Below, piece after piece: positions 8,386-16,593 of a stretch of 24,000 bases of DNA. Origin of the DNA: Thiohalomonadaceae bacterium (GTDB taxonomy: Bacteria > Pseudomonadota > Gammaproteobacteria > Thiohalomonadales > Thiohalomonadaceae); the NCBI GenBank assembly GCA_050288165.1, contig JBNKDG010000003.1, forward strand, positions 109,538 through 133,537, read 5' to 3'. The notes beneath the pieces were generated by a model. That model made no database searches. It had not been told where the DNA came from and saw only the letters and a list, made by a program, of their open reading frames with translations. The position numbers and the translations under genes are program-made. Each line of letters starts with the position of its first letter. Positions within the stretch are counted from its first letter, which is position 1.

Positions 8386-9823
8386 CGTCCGTATCTTCCT
8401 CGGCTACTTCCTGCTGCTCGGGCTGGCGATCTGGTTCGTCATGCGCACCTTTACCGCGGAACTCGTACCCGGTATGCGTCAATCCATCGAGGAGGTCCTG
8501 GTCGATACCGCCAACCTGCTGGCCGAAATCGTACAAGATGATGTGGTATCGGGCGTGGATACCTCTGGTGATTTCGCCACAGCGGTAAAAGCCTTTGGCG
8601 AACGCCAGCTCAATGCACGTATCTGGTTCCTGAAGAAGCGCGATCCCAATCTGGTGATCTACATCACCGATGCAAAGGGAATCGTCATCTTCGATTCACG
8701 TAACCGCGACCTCGGCAAGGACTACTCGCAATGGAACGATGTCTATCGCACCCTGCGTGGTGAATACGGCGCACGCTCCACCCGTGAAGACCCCAATGAC
8801 GCATACAGCAGCATTATGTATGTGGCGGCACCGATACATCACAACGGCAAGATCGTAGGTGTGCTGACGGTGGGAAAACCCAGCGTAGTTGTGCAACCCT
8901 TCGTCCAGCAGGCAATCCGCAACATCGAAGAGAAGGGGACGCTGCTTGTCCTCGGCGCCCTGGCACTGGGAATTCTGATCACCTACTGGCTCACCTTCTC
9001 CATCCGCAAACTCACCGCCTATGCCAGGGCCGTACAGTCAGGCAAGCGCGTGCAACCGCCCCGCCTTGGCGAAAGCGAACTGGCACACCTGGCCGATGCG
9101 ATGGAAACCATGCGAGCCGAGCTTGAAGGGAAGAACTATGTAGAGAACTATCTGCACACGCTGACACACGAGCTGAAGAGTCCACTGGCATCCATCCGCG
9201 GGGCGGCGGAGCTGCTAAATGAAGAGATGCCGTTGGCCGACCGACAGCGGTTTATCGGCAATATCCGCAACGAATCGCTACGCCTGCAACAGGTCGTCGA
9301 ACAACTACTGAGTCTGGCGATGCTGGAAAAGCGCCAGGGACTGGAAAACATTGAACAGGTAGAGGTAAACGCCCTGCTGCGCCAGCTATGCCACGACAAG
9401 CAACCGCTGGCCGAGGCCAGGGGAATATCCTTCGCCTTTAAGCTCGACGCCGGTTCAACTCTATCCGCTGAGCGGTTCCTGCTACAGCAGGCGCTGAGCA
9501 ACCTGCTCGACAATGCCGTCTCCTTCAGCCCGAATCACGGTGTCATCAGCCTTGATACACGTGAACATGACGACCTCCTGGATATTGTGATTGCCGACAA
9601 CGGCCCCGGCATTCCCGACTATGCGCTCGACAAGGTCTTCGACCGCTTCTACTCCCTGCCCCGCCCCGATAACGCTCCACGCAGCAGCGGCCTGGGCCTT
9701 AGCCTGGTACACGAGGTGGCGCAACTGCATGGCGGCACCATCCGCCTGAACAATCGTCCTGAGGGTGGTACTGAGGCCATTCTGTCACTGCCGCTGAAAC
9801 AGAAAAACCTACCTGTACACTGA
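8375..9823 (+). CDS. creC: Sensor histidine kinase CreC-like
   Basis: RIFLGYFLLLGLAIWFV...DYSQWNDVYRTLRGEYGARST...SIMYVAAPI...LEGKNYVENYLHTLTHELKSPLASIRGAAELL...LSNLLDNAVSFSP...RFYSLPR...SGLGLSLV matches E. coli CreC (DYSRWNDVWLTLRGQYGARST, VMYVAAPI, LEGKNYIEQYVYALTHELKSPLAAIRGAAEIL). The GTG start at 8375 overlaps the creB stop by 11 nt. Confidence 0.85.
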   Translation: MNLSVRIFLGYFLLLGLAIWFVMRTFTAELVPGMRQSIEEVLVDTANLLAEIVQDDVVSGVDTSGDFATAVKAFGERQLNARIWFLKKRDPNLVIYITDAKGIVIFDSRNRDLGKDYSQWNDVYRTLRGEYGARSTREDPNDAYSSIMYVAAPIHHNGKIVGVLTVGKPSVVVQPFVQQAIRNIEEKGTLLVLGALALGILITYWLTFSIRKLTAYARAVQSGKRVQPPRLGESELAHLADAMETMRAELEGKNYVENYLHTLTHELKSPLASIRGAAELLNEEMPLADRQRFIGNIRNESLRLQQVVEQLLSLAMLEKRQGLENIEQVEVNALLRQLCHDKQPLAEARGISFAFKLDAGSTLSAERFLLQQALSNLLDNAVSFSPNHGVISLDTREHDDLLDIVIADNGPGIPDYALDKVFDRFYSLPRPDNAPRSSGLGLSLVHEVAQLHGGTIRLNNRPEGGTEAILSLPLKQKNLPVH

Positions 9824-9832
9824 CACCACACA

Positions 9833-9848
9833 CTCACCACATCATCAC
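9833..9848 (+). promoter_or_regulatory. Candidate cre-tag-like direct repeat upstream of creD
   Basis: CTCAC-N6-ATCAC (9833-9837 and 9844-9848) has the 11-bp start-to-start spacing of the E. coli CreB site TTCACnnnnnnTTCAC, with 4/5 matches per half-site. It lies 53-68 nt upstream of the creD ATG. The surrounding tract is CA-rich and low-complexity, so a chance match is quite possible. Confidence 0.25.
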
Positions 9849-9900
9849 CACACATACCCTCCGTATCCTGCCCCCGTAATCACCAACCGGGAGCCGGAAA

Positions 9901-11295
9901 ATGAAACGTGAAATGACGAAGAAAATGGTGGTCATCGCCGCACTAATGCTGCTGTTGATGATTCCCCTGTCGATGATTGAAGGAGTGGTACATGAACGCA
10001 GTCATTACCGTAATGATGCGCGTAACAGCATCGCCGATAGCTGGACCGGACAACAGAAAGTCATCGGTCCACTGCTGGTCCTGCCGTACCATGAATACCG
10101 CAATGAAAAGGAATGGAACAAGGAGCTGAAGAAATACGAAAAGAAAGTGCGGCGCTACGACCGTGAAATATACCTGACCCCGGAAGCACTTAAGATAAAC
10201 ACCACGGTCACTACAGACGAACGCAGCCGGGGCATCTACACCATCCCCGTCTACACCTCCGAGATGTCTGTCTCGGGACGCTTTGAACGCCAGCGCATCA
10301 AGGAAATCGTTTCCCAGAGCGAAGGCCGCATCGAGTGGCAGGCGCCTAGGTTATCCGTCGTGATCAGCGATACACGCGGAGTGGTCTCACCGCCGGTACT
10401 GACCTGGAAAGACGACAGCGTGGAATTTGCCCCGGGCGCAGAACTGGGCTCACTGAAAACAGGCATCCACGCCAGCCTGAGAAAACTGGACTCGGCCTCC
10501 ACGCCTATCGACTTCAGCTTCAACATTAAACTGCGCGGCATGGAGACCCTGCAATTCTCCCCGGTTGGCAAACATACCGATGTGACTGTTAATGCCGACT
10601 GGCCCCATCCAAGCTTTATCGGCCGCTACCTGCCGGATGAACGTCAGATCGACGATACCTACTTCAATGCCCACTGGAGCGTCTCATCATTCTCTAGCTC
10701 CATGCCGCAACTGATCAGCGAGTGCGAACAGGGTATTTGTAACGAGCTGATGAATAATGCTTTCGGCGTCACCCTTTTCAACTCGGTAGACATCTATCAA
10801 CAGAGCGAGCGCTCAGTCAAATACGCCATGCTCTTCATCACCCTGGGATTCGTCGCCTTCTTCCTCTTCGAAATCATGAAGGGCCTGCGCCTGCACCCGA
10901 TGCAATACCTGTTGATGGGATTGGGCTTGAGTGTCTTCTACCTGCTGTTGATCTCCCTATCGGAACACATCGCCTTCGCATGGGCCTATCTAACGGCGGC
11001 GCTGGCATCGACGGCAGTGATGGGTCTCTACCTTAGCGGCGTACTGCGCTCTGTTCGCCATAGCCTGGCATTCAGTACCACGCAGCTAATGCTCTACGCC
11101 ATGCTCTTCAGCATTTTACGTTCCGAGGACAATTCGTTGTTGATGGGGGCACTGCTGATCTTTGCAGTACTCAGCCTGGTGATGGTGGTAACACGTCGCT
11201 TCGACTGGTATGCCATTGGAGAACAGGTGCAACAAAAGGTTAATGCAAACCGGAAAAATGAACTGCCGGAAGTGCTGTTACCCGATCTGGAATAA
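9901..11295 (+). CDS. creD: Inner membrane protein CreD
   Basis: N-terminal TM helix, then ERSHYRNDARNSIADSWTGQQKVIGPLLVLPY...RGIYTIPVY...NADWPHPSFIGRYLPDER...SVKYAMLFITLGFVAFFLFEIMKGLRLHPMQYLLMGLGLSVFYLLLISLSEH. This is collinear with E. coli CreD (ERADYRSDVEDAIRQSTSGPQKLVGPL, SNWPHPSFLGDFLP, ATKYAILLIALTFMAFFVFE..QRLHPMQYLLVGLSLVMFYLLLLALSEH). Confidence 0.85.
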   Translation: MKREMTKKMVVIAALMLLLMIPLSMIEGVVHERSHYRNDARNSIADSWTGQQKVIGPLLVLPYHEYRNEKEWNKELKKYEKKVRRYDREIYLTPEALKINTTVTTDERSRGIYTIPVYTSEMSVSGRFERQRIKEIVSQSEGRIEWQAPRLSVVISDTRGVVSPPVLTWKDDSVEFAPGAELGSLKTGIHASLRKLDSASTPIDFSFNIKLRGMETLQFSPVGKHTDVTVNADWPHPSFIGRYLPDERQIDDTYFNAHWSVSSFSSSMPQLISECEQGICNELMNNAFGVTLFNSVDIYQQSERSVKYAMLFITLGFVAFFLFEIMKGLRLHPMQYLLMGLGLSVFYLLLISLSEHIAFAWAYLTAALASTAVMGLYLSGVLRSVRHSLAFSTTQLMLYAMLFSILRSEDNSLLMGALLIFAVLSLVMVVTRRFDWYAIGEQVQQKVNANRKNELPEVLLPDLE

Positions 11296-11302
11296 CTGGA
11301 TT

Positions 11303-11331
11303 GGTCGCCGCGGTCTCAGACCGCGGCGACC
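11303..11331. terminator. Perfect 13-bp GC-rich hairpin between convergent creD and the repeat-lipoprotein gene
   Basis: GGTCGCCGCGGTC (11303-11315), loop tca, GACCGCGGCGACC (11319-11331). There is no clear U-tract on either strand, so it may be a bidirectional terminator, an RNA-stability element or a REP-like element. Confidence 0.5.
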
Positions 11332-11350
11332 ACCACACTATTGATTACAA

Positions 11351-12721
11351 CTAATCGTAACGATTGGACAAAACGTTGGTATGGCTACCGTCGAACTGTT
11401 CCCACACCGCCATGGCGTTGCCATCGCTGTCCATGGCAACCTGCGGGTTAGAGGTACCGCCGGTATCGTCTGTCTCGATGAGTTCCGCGCTACCCCAACC
11501 GCTACCAGCGGTGTAATGGTTTGCCAGGATATTGTTACCCTGCTCCCATACCGCCATAGCATGTCCGCCGCTATTAACGGCAATATGGGCATTACCGGCA
11601 CTCCCGGTGTCGTCACTCTCGATGAGTTCAGCACTACCCCAGCTGCTTCCAGAGGTGTAACGATTGGACAAAATATTAATCCGTGTCCCGTCACTCTGCT
11701 CCCATACCGCTAAGGCATTGCCACTACCCTCGATAGCAACCTGCGGATTGGAGGCAGCGCCCGCGCTGTCACTCTCGATAAGTCCGGCGGTACCCCAGCC
11801 GCTACCCACCGTATAACGATTGGCATAAATGCTGTCGTAAGTCCCATCACTCTGAAACCACACCGCCATGGCATTGCCATTACTATCGGCGGCAATTTGC
11901 GGGGATGCCGCATTGCCCGTGCTACTGCTCTCGACAAGTACTGCCGTCCCCCAACCACTGCCTGCCACATAACGGTTAGCGTAGATGCTGTCGTAGCTGC
12001 CATCGTTCTGCTGCCACACAGCAATGGCATTGCCACTGCCGTCGATAGCAATCTGAGGAATAGCGGCAATACCCGCACCACTCTCGATGAGTGTGGCCGA
12101 CGCATCCCAGCCGATACCCACCGTGTTGCGTGTGGCATAGATGCTACCACCCTGCTCCCATACCACCATGGCGTTACCGCTGGTGTCCATGGCAACCTGC
12201 GGATATGCCGCATCGCCCGCGTTGTTCTCGATGAGTGCCTCTGTTCCCCAGCCGCTGCCCGCAGAGTAACGGTTGGCATAAATGCTGTTGTTAGTGCCAT
12301 CGGACTGGTACCACACGGCTATAGCGTTGCCGCTGCTGTCGACGGCGATCCGGGGATCGTAGGCATGGGTCGTATCATTGCTTTCGATGGTCGCCTCGGT
12401 ACCCCAACCACTCCCCACCGTGTAACGATTGGCATAAATGCTATTGCGAGTACCATCGTTCTGATACCACACGGCAATAGCGTTGCCGCTGCCATCAATA
12501 GCAATCTTCGGGGACAAACCATCCAGAGTACCAGTTTCGATCATCTCGGCCGTTCCCCATGCCTTGGTTGCGGGCACGCCGCCTCCAGAGCTGCCGCCAC
12601 AGCCAGTCAGAAACAGAGGGGAAGCAATGGAGAAAATGAGAATTTTGGAAGAAACAAAACGCACCGTTTTACTCGACACATCACACCAACCTTTTCCTTG
12701 TTTTGTACAAGTTTTAAACAT
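11351..12721 (-). CDS. Tandem-repeat lipoprotein, predicted beta-propeller-like (7 full plus 1 split ~50-aa repeats)
   Basis: Lipobox LFLTG|C (Cys codon at 12599-12601) is followed by a GGSSGGG linker and then only repeats of GNA[IM]AVW.Q.DG...SIYANRY..GSGWGT..LIES.......PQIA.D.S. The start is uncertain. The first ATG is at 12721, while GTG at 12679 or 12664 would give a canonical ~21-27 aa lipoprotein signal (V/MRFVSSKILIFSIASPLFLTGC). The ORF-track start at 12832 is unlikely. Confidence 0.8.
   Translation of the reverse strand: MFKTCTKQGKGWCDVSSKTVRFVSSKILIFSIASPLFLTGCGGSSGGGVPATKAWGTAEMIETGTLDGLSPKIAIDGSGNAIAVWYQNDGTRNSIYANRYTVGSGWGTEATIESNDTTHAYDPRIAVDSSGNAIAVWYQSDGTNNSIYANRYSAGSGWGTEALIENNAGDAAYPQVAMDTSGNAMVVWEQGGSIYATRNTVGIGWDASATLIESGAGIAAIPQIAIDGSGNAIAVWQQNDGSYDSIYANRYVAGSGWGTAVLVESSSTGNAASPQIAADSNGNAMAVWFQSDGTYDSIYANRYTVGSGWGTAGLIESDSAGAASNPQVAIEGSGNALAVWEQSDGTRINILSNRYTSGSSWGSAELIESDDTGSAGNAHIAVNSGGHAMAVWEQGNNILANHYTAGSGWGSAELIETDDTGGTSNPQVAMDSDGNAMAVWEQFDGSHTNVLSNRYD
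11354..12565 (-). repeat. Coding tandem repeat, ~144-156 bp unit, about 8 copies
   Basis: The Gly of each GNA motif falls at residues 116, 168, 219, 267, 319, 371, 423 and 471 of the 493-aa track ORF, giving periods of 52, 51, 48, 52, 52, 52 and 48 aa. The periodicity is also visible in the DNA, where CCATACCGCCAT(G/A)GC(A/G)TTGCC-type strings recur. Confidence 0.85.
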
Positions 12722-13049
12722 AACAATTTGCTGAAAACGAACCAAGCTAACCTTAGCGAAACCGTGACAAGTCACCAGATTTATTGACTTATCGCAATAA
12801 AGATCAGGCTTTGGAAAAGGCACAGCATGCATCCATGAATGACATACTGCTTAGCGCCAGTATTCGACACAACACCGACAGAAAAACAACCGGACATAGG
12901 AAGCGGGGATATGCGTTAGTGGGCTTGCCATGACATAGGCATCGCAACTCCTGCACAATGGCCCGTCACGGCAAAATAATATACTCATAAACCGACCGTT
13001 ACCCCGCAACAGCTATTTGATACAGGAAACACCCACACATGAACTTTTC

Positions 13050-13436
13050 ATGAATTTCACCCAAGACGGGATCGACTGGCACGAACTGTCTGCGCTCGAC
13101 AAAGCGGCGCCACTTGGCGACAAAGCCCCTGACGCCCTGGAGAAGGCATTCAGCAACAGCATGTTCAAATGCTTTGTGTTCGATGAAGGGAAGCTCGTCG
13201 GTGTCGGACGTGCCCTGGCCGACGGCGTGGACTACTCTTACATCTGCTACGTCGCGATACTCCCCAACCATCAGGGTCACGGTCTTGGTAAAGCCATCGT
13301 CACCAAACTTGTTGAACTCTCCGCCGGACACAAGAAGATCATCCTCTACGCCTATCCGGGAAAGGAAGCCTTTTACAAGAAACTCGGCTTCAAGCGCATG
13401 AGAACCGCCATGACAATCTTCGAGAACCAGGCATAG
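13050..13436 (+). CDS. GNAT family N-acetyltransferase (128 aa)
   Basis: A small acetyltransferase fold with motif A, ILPNHQGHGLGKAIVTKLVE (Q/R-x-x-G-x-G/A), and a C-terminal AFYKKLGFK. Start is taken at ATG 13050. The track start at 13017 is TTG and would add 11 aa. Neither start has a good SD. Confidence 0.8.
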   Translation: MNFTQDGIDWHELSALDKAAPLGDKAPDALEKAFSNSMFKCFVFDEGKLVGVGRALADGVDYSYICYVAILPNHQGHGLGKAIVTKLVELSAGHKKIILYAYPGKEAFYKKLGFKRMRTAMTIFENQA

Positions 13437-13493
13437 GCACTTGAGTGGGGGCTAGTGAACGAAACGTAACCAGAACTACGCCATACACCCTGC

Positions 13494-13526
13494 AAAAAAA
13501 TGCCCCATACCCGAAGGCATGGGGCA
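13494..13526 (-). terminator. Rho-independent terminator of the 832-aa lipoprotein gene
   Basis: On the minus strand: TGCCCCAT-gccttcgggt-ATGGGGCA followed by TTTTTTT (plus-strand A7 at 13494-13500). It lies 32 nt downstream of the stop at 13558. Confidence 0.8.
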
Positions 13527-13557
13527 AGTCCTGATATCTCATTCAGGATGAGGAGAA

Positions 13558-16056
13558 TTACTGTAATTCACCTTCGATCACAGCCGGTGCCGAATCGGGA
13601 TTAAGTGAGTCCTGATCGCCGATGGTGAACGGTACATCACCGGCAACGGCAGATGGCAGTGCAAGTTCACTGCTGTTGACCGCCGTGCTCAACGTAAGTC
13701 CCGCCGTATCGCAAACCGTAACGAGATTGGTATCTTCTTTCATGGTCTGCTCACGCTCGATCTGTTTGACGATGTACTGGTTGCTCAATGCATCGGTGAG
13801 AAGGACACCGTTCTTCAGCGTCAGCGAATTGTAACCATGACCGCTGCTGGCATCGTCGGTCCAGGGGAAACCCCACAGCTCACCGGGACCGCCGTACTCC
13901 AGCATATGGAAGTTACCCGCCGGGTGGGTGGTTACCGCCGCACCGATGTTCGGGTCATCACCCGCATCGTAGCTATAGCTAAACTGTAGTGGCGGTTCAA
14001 AATTCACATAAGCGCTGGTTGAGGTGTTCCGCACCGAATACTGATGGTTCCAGTTGTTGGGGCCGGTCTCCCAGCGATAACTAACGGGCTGGTCATAGAC
14101 TTCCCAGGGATTGGTCAATGTGGCCGCAACGGCAGCGGTAACCATCTCACTACTCTGAATACCCCACTGATACCAATCTACAGGGTTACTCCCAGCGTCG
14201 AGAATACTGCTCAGATCGGTGCCCGCAGCGATGGTCACTGCTGCACCCGCATTGGAGTCATCCGCAAGAGTGTACTTCCCACCGTTAACACCAAAGGTAT
14301 AGGTGTAACCGGATGGATTGTAGTTGTAGAAAAGGTCACTCTCCGCAGCGGGATTACTGATGCCACCCTTAATACAGCGGTCGTAACAAACCAGCGTCAT
14401 CGCGCTAGCAGTGGTGGGTGAAACATTCTCCTCCTTGAAGAAGGTCAGGGTAGTAGGTGGCGTCCCGCCGCCACTGGGAAGAATGGCATTACCACCCAGA
14501 GAGTTGGACCAGAGCCACAACTGGTAACCTAGCGATTGGCTCTGCACATCGATCACTGTGTTAGCCATGGAAGTATCGTAGGTAGGCGGACCGTTAGTGT
14601 TCCAGGTCACCTTAGACTGAACCACCGCATTACCGCTCGCAGCATCCACTGTCACCATATAATCGTTTTGAGCCGGACAGGGAGTCACTGCCTGACAGAA
14701 GGGATCGGTCAGATCACCGTGCCACTGGAACTGAGCGCCAGCCAGTGAAGTCAGTGCAACGGTTTCACGGGTTCGTTTGATCAACCTGCCGCCTGAAACA
14801 CCTACGGTATAGGTCTCGGCGGAAGCCGCACTGCCCCAGTTCTGTTTGGTGATCGTATCGCCATCGGCGAGGGTAGCCGTATCGTCTTCCAGCCACAGTC
14901 CCCAGTAACCGATATTGCCAAAGACATTACTGGCCGTAACGAATGGCATGTTGGAGCTACGGGTCACGCGGGCACCGGTGCTCGGGTTATAGAGATTGTA
15001 GCGCCAGACATGGGTATCGAATTGGGTGCGATCGGCACAAACCTCACTGCCGGTATCGATGATGTTATCGTTATTCACATCTGTCCCGCGCAGAAATGCG
15101 GTGGTATCGAAGCTGACGAAATACTTCGCCGTATCTGCTGGCTGGGCAATATCCCACAGATCGTATTTATAAGTCTGCGCAATACCGCTGGTACCAGCGG
15201 CATCATTCATAATGACGTTGCTCTTCTGAATCATGTCGAAGGGCAGGCCGGGCTGAACCGAACCACCACCCAGGTTGATGAAGGTAAACTGGGCCTTGTT
15301 ATCGGAACGGTCAACGGTTTTCAGGGTTCCGGTCATCACCGTTAAATCAGCGCCCAGAACGGACGTGTCGGGCATAACCGTGCCCGCAGGGAGCACGCCC
15401 TTGAAATTAAGGGTGAACTTGCCGAATGGACTGGTACTACTCACCCCTTCGTTAACGGTGATGTGGACCAGGATATATTGATTATCCATCGGGTCATTGC
15501 TTTGACCGTTTGGCGGGATCCAGATACGTACGATCTGGGGTGAACTGTTGTTGGTACGGGTAGATTGCACCAACCACTTTTCGTATTTGGTCGCCTGTGA
15601 ACTGTCACTGCTGGAGACCCCACCACTGGCACCGGCACTGGCATCGCTTGAAGTCCCGCCGCCGCTCTGCTGACATTCGTTGGTGTTGACCAGGGCATAA
15701 TAGGCTCCCTGATTGACCAGATCCTCGGCACGTATCTGGCCGACATAGCAGAGGATCTCATTGACCATACTCAGCGGTTCGATGGAAGCATCGTAAACCC
15801 AGGTCTGAACAGGGTCCGTGCCAAAAGCCGTCGTCGCACCGGGTAAAGGACTGGCAACAACACCCACCGGTACACTGACAGCGGCAACAGAGGCACCGCC
15901 ATCGTCCTGAGCCGCGACCACACTGAGGGCAGTCGGCATTTGCAGACCCACGATATCGCCACCGCCACTGCTGCTACCCCCACCACCACAGGCATGTAAG
16001 GCAACTCCCAGGACGATTGCGAACGAAGCAAATAGTAAGTGCGTAGAGAATCTCAT
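13558..16056 (-). CDS. Large orphan lipoprotein (832 aa), family not recognised
   Basis: AAGGAG lies 8 nt upstream of the ATG. The signal MRFSTHLLFASFAIVLGVALHA|C has a lipobox-like LHAC, followed by a GGGGSSSGGG linker. The protein is rich in Thr/Ser/Gly/Asn/Trp, as secreted beta-rich proteins often are, and has a second Gly/Ser/Asp-rich low-complexity linker (QQSGGGTSSDASAGASGGVSSSDSS). I recognise no catalytic motif. It has its own terminator. Confidence 0.8.
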   Translation of the reverse strand: MRFSTHLLFASFAIVLGVALHACGGGGSSSGGGDIVGLQMPTALSVVAAQDDGGASVAAVSVPVGVVASPLPGATTAFGTDPVQTWVYDASIEPLSMVNEILCYVGQIRAEDLVNQGAYYALVNTNECQQSGGGTSSDASAGASGGVSSSDSSQATKYEKWLVQSTRTNNSSPQIVRIWIPPNGQSNDPMDNQYILVHITVNEGVSSTSPFGKFTLNFKGVLPAGTVMPDTSVLGADLTVMTGTLKTVDRSDNKAQFTFINLGGGSVQPGLPFDMIQKSNVIMNDAAGTSGIAQTYKYDLWDIAQPADTAKYFVSFDTTAFLRGTDVNNDNIIDTGSEVCADRTQFDTHVWRYNLYNPSTGARVTRSSNMPFVTASNVFGNIGYWGLWLEDDTATLADGDTITKQNWGSAASAETYTVGVSGGRLIKRTRETVALTSLAGAQFQWHGDLTDPFCQAVTPCPAQNDYMVTVDAASGNAVVQSKVTWNTNGPPTYDTSMANTVIDVQSQSLGYQLWLWSNSLGGNAILPSGGGTPPTTLTFFKEENVSPTTASAMTLVCYDRCIKGGISNPAAESDLFYNYNPSGYTYTFGVNGGKYTLADDSNAGAAVTIAAGTDLSSILDAGSNPVDWYQWGIQSSEMVTAAVAATLTNPWEVYDQPVSYRWETGPNNWNHQYSVRNTSTSAYVNFEPPLQFSYSYDAGDDPNIGAAVTTHPAGNFHMLEYGGPGELWGFPWTDDASSGHGYNSLTLKNGVLLTDALSNQYIVKQIEREQTMKEDTNLVTVCDTAGLTLSTAVNSSELALPSAVAGDVPFTIGDQDSLNPDSAPAVIEGELQ

Positions 16057-16593
16057 GGCTACTCTCCTTGTATTTATTCGTTACTTCCATCATACGAAGC
16101 TGCCGCACAGGGCAGCGGTTTATATTGTGCAGTGCTTACAGCTGAAGACCACGGTCACAGATGATGCAGGGGTGTCTGACCCTCCAGTAATCATGAAGTA
16201 TCGAACGAAACCGGGATAATGCAAGGCTAATTGGCAGATCGCTCAGGCACAAATGCCAGCGCACAAAAAGGATTCGCAGTCAGAAAATATTTTGAGACAC
16301 TTCTAGAAACCATCTTCTATCCGACGTAATGAGAACGCATCCGGCCCTCTACAGTACGACGCTCTGCAAGAGAAAGACTTGGACGCTCCCACATCAAACT
16401 GAATATATGTGGTATGGACCCAGGCCACACCACGTTCCAACGGTGGCAAGGCTGCTTGCTGAATCCAACCCGTTTCTTACCTCCTTAATCTTCTGGAAAA
16501 AATCACGCTGCAGAGGTAGGCTGGTCCAATCCACGCGTGTTCAACAAACCCATCTGTATTCCAAGCGCCATCTGACAAGGAGGTCGGTCATCG

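Noticed and set aside
11381-12787. Plus-strand ORFs (11381-11713 and 11897-12787) and the alternative minus-frame ORFs (11338-11694 and 11710-12300) across the repeat gene
   Set aside because: They are artefacts of the tandem repeat, because periodic codon usage removes stops in other frames. Only the 11351-12721 frame yields a signal peptide, a lipobox and a coherent repeat consensus.
12722-12832. Extension of the repeat-lipoprotein ORF to ATG 12832
   Set aside because: It would place about 55-77 non-hydrophobic residues ahead of the lipoprotein signal, which is incompatible with Sec/SPase II targeting. Internal starts at 12721, 12679 or 12664 are more plausible.
14044-15481. Several 68-125 aa plus-strand ORFs inside the 832-aa lipoprotein gene
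   Set aside because: These are antisense shadow ORFs with no RBS or motifs. The minus-strand gene has an RBS, a signal peptide and a terminator.
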